A stretch of 64,000 bases of DNA from the human T2T-CHM13v2.0 reference genome, Homo sapiens, in NCBI RefSeq assembly GCF_009914755.1, contig NC_060934.1, one strand, 5' to 3'. The notes under the pieces are model-generated. The model did no database searches and was not told the origin of the DNA. It saw only the letters and a program-made list of their open reading frames with translations. This document shows, one piece after another, positions 58,141 through 64,000 of the stretch. Within the stretch, counting starts at the first letter, position 1. The number at the start of each line of letters is the position of its first letter. The position numbers were made by a program, and so were the translations under genes.

Positions 58141-59633
58141 GGCCTTGAAACCAAGGCTGACATGTACTGACCACGTCTTCACTCTGTGCTTTCCGTTGCC
58201 AGTCTCAGCAACCACAGCATGGACTATATCAGACATGATTTACTGCTCCCTCAATCCAGGGGCCCAGACCCCACTATTGAAGGGTCACAGCCATTACCAG
58301 CCCACTGTGAAGATCCGGTCCCTGCTGGTTGCCAGTGGTCTGAGCAAGTAATGTTTTGGCAAGGAAAGGAAACTGTCGCTTGGAAGATTCATTTTCCTCC
58401 AGAAGAATTTACTATCTTGTTTTCTGGTTGGATGTAACCCCAAGAAGTAAAATAATTCAATTCCACAGCTTAGGTGGAGTAATAGCTTTGTTGATGGTGT
58501 CTGCCAGATATGGTGGTGGAAACAAACGCAAGTGAATATGCGGCTCTTGTGTTCAGGGTCTTGTTGGGCAGCCAGAGGAATGCATGGACACAAGATTGGC
58601 TGTGTTTTTGAACAAATGTGGGTTAGAGGTAGATGCTATGCTTAGGTCCTTACTGGGTTGAAAGAAGGCGCGTGCCAGAGCACAGTTAAGTGTGCTGTAC
58701 AAAATGCTACATTAGAGTTAAACAGGCTTTGGGGTGCTGAGTGGTGAATGTCATTTGGAAAGGCTGGAGATGATGTCTTAGAATTTCACTTGGGCTTCAA
58801 GAAAGATGGACAGTATATTAATGGGCAGAGTCAAGGGTGGAGTTGAGCGAGAAAAATGATAATCATGCACTTAAATTCACAGTTGGTATAATTCCCAAAG
58901 ACTCATTTCTGTTTTTAAATTGAAAATGAAAATACCACTTTAAAAAAACTAGTCAATTTACTATTGATATAGAATTCTAAGATTTTACCTGATAATTAGT
59001 AAAAGTCCCTAGGAAAGAGAATAAAAGAAAAAAAAACCCACGGTCTCATTTTCTAAGGTCTGCCCAGAGAATGTGAAAATTACTGTCTAGAGAATACAGA
59101 CCCCGCAACAAAGAGGTCATTATCGTCAAACTGCTAAGGTCATCAGTATATACGCTTTTAAATAAACCCAATGATCCTCTTAATATCATTACGGAAATTC
59201 TAGGCACTAACACATTAAAAGTATCCTTTTGGGATGTTCTGCTATTACTGTATTTTTCAAAGGCTTTGGTTTCTGAAAATTTCTACAAATACTCTGGCTT
59301 TATTAGTTGATAATACAATGATATTCTCAGTATTTGAATTTACTCGTTTGGCTTTTCTTTCATTTACGTAAAATATTGAGAATACGGCAGTGATTTTATA
59401 TTTAATCATCATGCTGTTCTTCCCCCTAAGTTAACAAAAAGAAGAAGTATAACCTTAAGGTTTAGTAGATACTGTCGTTGAAGACATTGGAAATCATTTT
59501 CCAGTTCTTTACAGACAAGAAAACTAGACCCAAAGTAAAGTGCTGTGGTCAGCAGCACATCATTGTTCAGTGGCTGGCCTGGGTCTAGAAGCCAGACCTT
59601 TTAACTCCTAATTTGATGTTCACCTTTTATACC

Positions 59634-60446
59634 ATAATCCTGTTCATTGAAAAACATGGGGTACCTATAGATTTGAGCCCGTGTATTAGAACACCGTGAA
59701 TGAAGAGTCCAGGAGATTGTCAAATACATTTTGATTGGCAAATTGTTATTTGGCAATAACAATAATAGCTAACATTTACAAAGTTCTCCTAAGCACTTTT
59801 ATGTATAATAATTCATTAAATCCATCACAGTGACCTTGTTATTGGTACTGCTGCTTTCCCCAGTTTACAGATGGGCCGTTGAGGCACAGAGAGTTGACAG
59901 AAACTGCCTAAAGTTACATATTGGGAATGCAAAAGCAGGCGGTCTGGTTCAGGGCCTGCATCTGCTTCCCCAAGATGGGATCCAGTTATTGGGAGTTTTT
60001 TGTCCCCACCTCCCCATCTGCCTTGTGTCAGAAGCAGTTTTTATAATGTCATATTAACCACACAGTTAATAAAACAGACTGCACCACCATTTGAATCCTG
60101 GGTCACCGCTCCATTTCCAGAAATACATCGAGGATAGCACTGCCCTGGATGAATCCAGACCTTCACAATAATCCAGACCTTTTCTGTCAACTCTCTGTGC
60201 CTCAACGGCCCATCTGTAAACTGAGGAAAGCGACAGTACCAATAACAAGTTCATTGTGATGGATTTAATGAATTAATACACGTGAAAGTGCTTAGGAGAA
60301 CTTCATAAATGTTAGCTATTGTTATTGCCAAATAACAATTTGCAATCAAAATATATTTGACAATCTCCTGGACTCTTCTTTCATGGTGTTCTAATACACG
60401 GGATCAAATCTATAGGTACCCACTGTTTTTCAATGAACAGGATTAT
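59634..60446. repeat. Long inverted repeat: arms 59634-59903 and 60181-60446, 277-bp spacer
   Basis: Manual alignment gives ~17 substitutions plus 2 small indels over ~270 bp; each arm is a MIR fragment plus unique flank. Confidence 0.95.
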
Positions 60447-60854
60447 TCAGGATAATGCAGTGCCATCTGGAAGACCCTTATAGCTATAGGGCAGCTCCAC
60501 TGAGGAGAGAGCGGAATCTCCCCAGTTGAGCAGGTGATTTAAACTCCCCTAGCATTCGCAGCAATAACAACCGTATTTTTCCCTCCGCCTGGCCTGTGTC
60601 TTGACTTTGGACAGGAGTCCAAAGTGAGCTGCGTCTTTGTGTCTGCTCCCTGCACTGCAGAGGGTGTGAGCTGCACACTGCCTACCCGGGTCTGATAGGG
60701 AGTGGGGATTAGACGCCAACATTCCAACATCATTATGTAAAGTAAAATAGCATCATTGAGAGAGGTGAGGCTGAGCAGTCCAAAGTATTTGATAACACTG
60801 AAAGAGCGTTTTTCCTCTTCCACAGTGAATCCATGTCTCCATTTGCATTTGTTT

Positions 60855-60878
60855 AAAAAAAAAAAAAAAAAAAAAAAA
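60855..60878 (+). repeat. poly(A)24
   Basis: Direct read. Confidence 0.95.
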
Positions 60879-62259
60879 CTCCTGACAGCACCAGCAACAC
60901 AACAGGAGAGATGCACAGCCTGAGCAATAAATCTCTCGAGGCATTCAGCAAGTGCCACAGGGCTCATTAATCTTGATTATTTCCCGTAATAGATAACTTC
61001 ACAAATCAGCTATTATTCCTAATCACGCACATAAAGATAATGGATGGGTAATAGCTTCCTGCATGGTTAGACCAAAATAAAATTTCATGTAAAAATATAT
61101 TTCTACACATTCCAGGGAAAGGTGTTTTCTTGTTTTTTTAAAGGGACAGGAGGAGATGGGGGAGCAACCACTGAGGGCAAAATTGATCCTTGAGAATTGG
61201 GTTTGAAGGAAGTATTAGGTCTCTCTGATTTGCTTGGAGACATTCACTGGCTTGTGTGCCACCCTGTCACTGTGAGGCGGGTTTGAGAGACTTAGGGCCA
61301 CAGGAGGCTACAGAATTGTCTAGTTCCAGTCTCTAGATGGTGTTTGGGAAGACTGCTCCCCAAAATATAAAGCACTGTGACATCAGTGCTGTCTTACATC
61401 TCTAAAGATGGCATTGGTGTTGAGAATGTTTGCTGAGTTTGAATTCTGTTATCTTCCCAGGGTTTATGGACGACCCCAGGAATGCTCTTCATATACCGGC
61501 TCCCAAACTGAATGAACAATGTAAAAAGATTGATAGGTGATGAGAGATGTGTTTCGTATATATTGGGATGGGGTGTGGATGATAAAGCATTGGTATTTTA
61601 AGCAGTTGACACTAGACAAGAGTAAACCTAAAGAGTCCTAGGACTCCCAGGTCTTTTTCAAGGGGCAAAAACCTGTGTCTTTTGAGTGCCTGAAAGAGTT
61701 CTAACTGAAATTGCCCAGGTGAAGGGAAGTAGCAACTGGCTTCTCCATTTAAATTATGCCCTTCTGACGGCCCGTCGACTGACGTAGAACATGGCACTGT
61801 TATCGCACAGCAGCGAGCTGCAGCTGTCTATCATTTTCTTCTCAAAATGCCAGTGCATTAAAGCAAGGCCTGGAATGAGACACATCACATTTATGACAGG
61901 ATTTGACTCCATATTATTCAGTCAGTAGGAATAATCAGCCTATCACAACAACACATACCCACAGAAACATCGTCTTATAACACACGCCTTTGAACCCCAC
62001 CCTGCGTTGCTGGATAGTGCTAGCAAATGTCCTTCTACAGCCTCTTCTCCAGGCACCTAAAGTCAAAATTTCACCTCAGACTTCTCTTTTTACCTGCGGT
62101 GAAGTAGTTAGGCTTTATCAGAACTTCCAAAGGAGAAGGAGGGCCGGTCTACTTCCCAGGGCCTCGCATACTATACATGTTTCTTAAATGTTGGAGTAGA
62201 AGATGATTAACTGTTTTCCTGCCAATGAAGTCTGTTCTTCTGATACATTCTCCACTGTG

Positions 62260-62830
62260 ACAGAATCACTGAATGCCCTTTAGGTAGAAGGCAGTGTGTT
62301 AGGCATTGGGAACACAGGTGTTAAGGTGTGATTTGAGCCTTTAATGAACGTTGTGCTTCAGTAGAGGAGGTGAGAGGCAAAAGCCAGTGCCCACACATGA
62401 GCAAAGGTGAGGCATGCCAGAAAGGAGGCTAGAGTGAAGTGCTGAGGACATTCAGGTGAGGCAAGGCTGTGCATTGAAGGAGGCACGAATTTGTACCCAT
62501 GGCTATGAGGGGAAAAGACATGAGAGGCAGAGTGAACAGCATGAGTGAGGCATATGCGTAGAAACACTTCGGACATCTTTAGAGGGCAGTGACCAATCCA
62601 ACCAGATGGGAACATCATCAGTGGAAAATGAGAGATAAAGCAGAGAATGTGATGTTAGGCTGAATTTTAGAGGACTTTGCATGCTGGGCTAGGGGGTTGG
62701 ACATTGTTCCCTAGACATTAGACATCTAGTAAAGGGTTTATAGCAGGGCATGGCATGGTTAGACCTGTGGTTTAAGAAGATGAATTCAGTAAGCTACAGA
62801 ATGGACTAGAGGAGGAAGAGCCTAGCAGAG
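62260..62830 (-). mobile_element. L2 fragment
   Basis: G/A-rich antisense L2 motifs (gggtttatagcagggcatggcatggttagacctgtggtttaagaagat). Confidence 0.65.
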
Positions 62831-62955
62831 CCGGTGTGCATACCCCTGCTCACCTGGATTTCTCAAATGATGATGCTTCTTGGCTGTGTGAATGGATGTG
62901 CAGAAACACATGTCTTAGGCAGAGGGAGCCAGGAAGCACTGGTGGTTTTGTTGGG

Positions 62956-63548
62956 TGTGGTGGGTACTGCTGTGTAACACATCATCCCAAACTTAGTTGC
63001 ATAGAACCTCTTCCTTATGGACTGCGTGGGTCAGGAGTTTGGACGGGGCACAGAGATGGTGGATGGCTTGTCTCTGTCTGACAATGTCTGGGAGCCTCAG
63101 CTGGAAGAATTCAAATGACAGGTGACTCAGCTGGCTGAGGACTGGAGTCATCTGGAGGTGCCCTCGCTAGCACATCTGACAGGTGGGAAGTGTTACCAGA
63201 AAACTGGGCTCATCTGGAGCTGGTGACTGAAGCACATGCAAGCCTCTCCTGTGCGTTGGGCTGCCATTGGCACGGCTGCTGGGTTTGAGAGAGGCGAGCT
63301 TCTGTAGGGGGGAGCCTTCTAGTAGAACCAGGAGAAAGCTGTACAGTCTTTTCAGCCTAGCCTCAAAAGTTGAACAGTGCCACTTCTGCCACATCCTTTT
63401 GGTGACAAGAGTCCTAAGAGCCAGCCCAGATTCAAGAGGAGAGGATTGGACTCCCACTGTCATTGGGGATGGCAGGGTCACGTTGCAAAAGAGCATGTGG
63501 GACGGGAATAATTTCCGGAGCCATCTTTGAAACACACAGTAGGCCACA
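62956..63548 (-). mobile_element. MLT1 (F/G/H-like) LTR
   Basis: tgctgtgtaacac..cccaaacttag; gggtcaggagtttgg; cacttctgccacatc; ccagattcaagagga. Confidence 0.8.
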
Positions 63549-63559
63549 GTGGAGGTTGG

Positions 63560-64000
63560 CAGCCGATGGCAGCAAAGATGACTAATTCAGTTAACACTTG
63601 CTGAGTTTGAGGTGCGCATAGGATTTTGAAGGTGAAAAGGGTGTAGTAACTGAAGATAGAGGACTTTACACACCAGCCTAGAGACATTGAAGACTTTTAA
63701 GAAAGGAGATAAAAGCAGAGATAGTGGCCAGAGATAAGCGTAACTGCTGCAGGCATCTCGACATTTAGAAGAGCAGGATGAGGAACCCAAGAAGGGGAGG
63801 GACAGACTGAGGAGAATATGAGCCACAGTGGCTAGATGAATGAAGAGCGTGAAGACAGGAGTGTCAGTATATGGTCTTTAAAAGAGGTTTCAGTGGCTGG
63901 TGGAAGCAGAAGCCAGATGGCAATTGCTTAAGGATTAACGAGGTAGAGAGAAGGCAGAAGGCATGAGAGGTATATCCAAAGGAGAAGAAATCACCCTACC
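63560..64000 (-). mobile_element. L2 fragment (likely continuation past the MLT1)
   Basis: G/A-rich antisense L2-like sequence. Confidence 0.55.

Overview
This is primate, almost certainly human, genomic DNA: it carries AluJ/S/Y, THE1, MLT1, Tigger1, piggyBac-like Looper, L1M, L2, MIR and MER5A-type elements. I find no recognisable protein-coding exon, RNA gene or CRISPR array, and the ORF track is explained by repeats and chance. The + strand looks T/G-rich, all 11 dimeric Alus lie antisense, and CpG is more frequent in the first ~2.5 kb. Together these suggest a large intron, possibly intron 1, of a + strand gene I cannot name (inference). Most notable structures: (1) a ~270-bp, ~93%-identical inverted duplication at 59634-60446 that could fold into a long dsRNA hairpin, with apparent template-switch scars; (2) a candidate 70-nt cryptic exon just upstream of a (TG)n tract, resembling TDP-43-repressed exons; (3) a three-level nest, L2 > piggyBac-like Looper > AluY; (4) a near-full-length Tigger1 carrying an Alu; (5) a near-perfect 95-bp tandem duplication; (6) a 34-bp minisatellite; (7) several candidate cis-regulatory sites. 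Subfamily calls and boundaries of old repeats were made by eye and are approximate.
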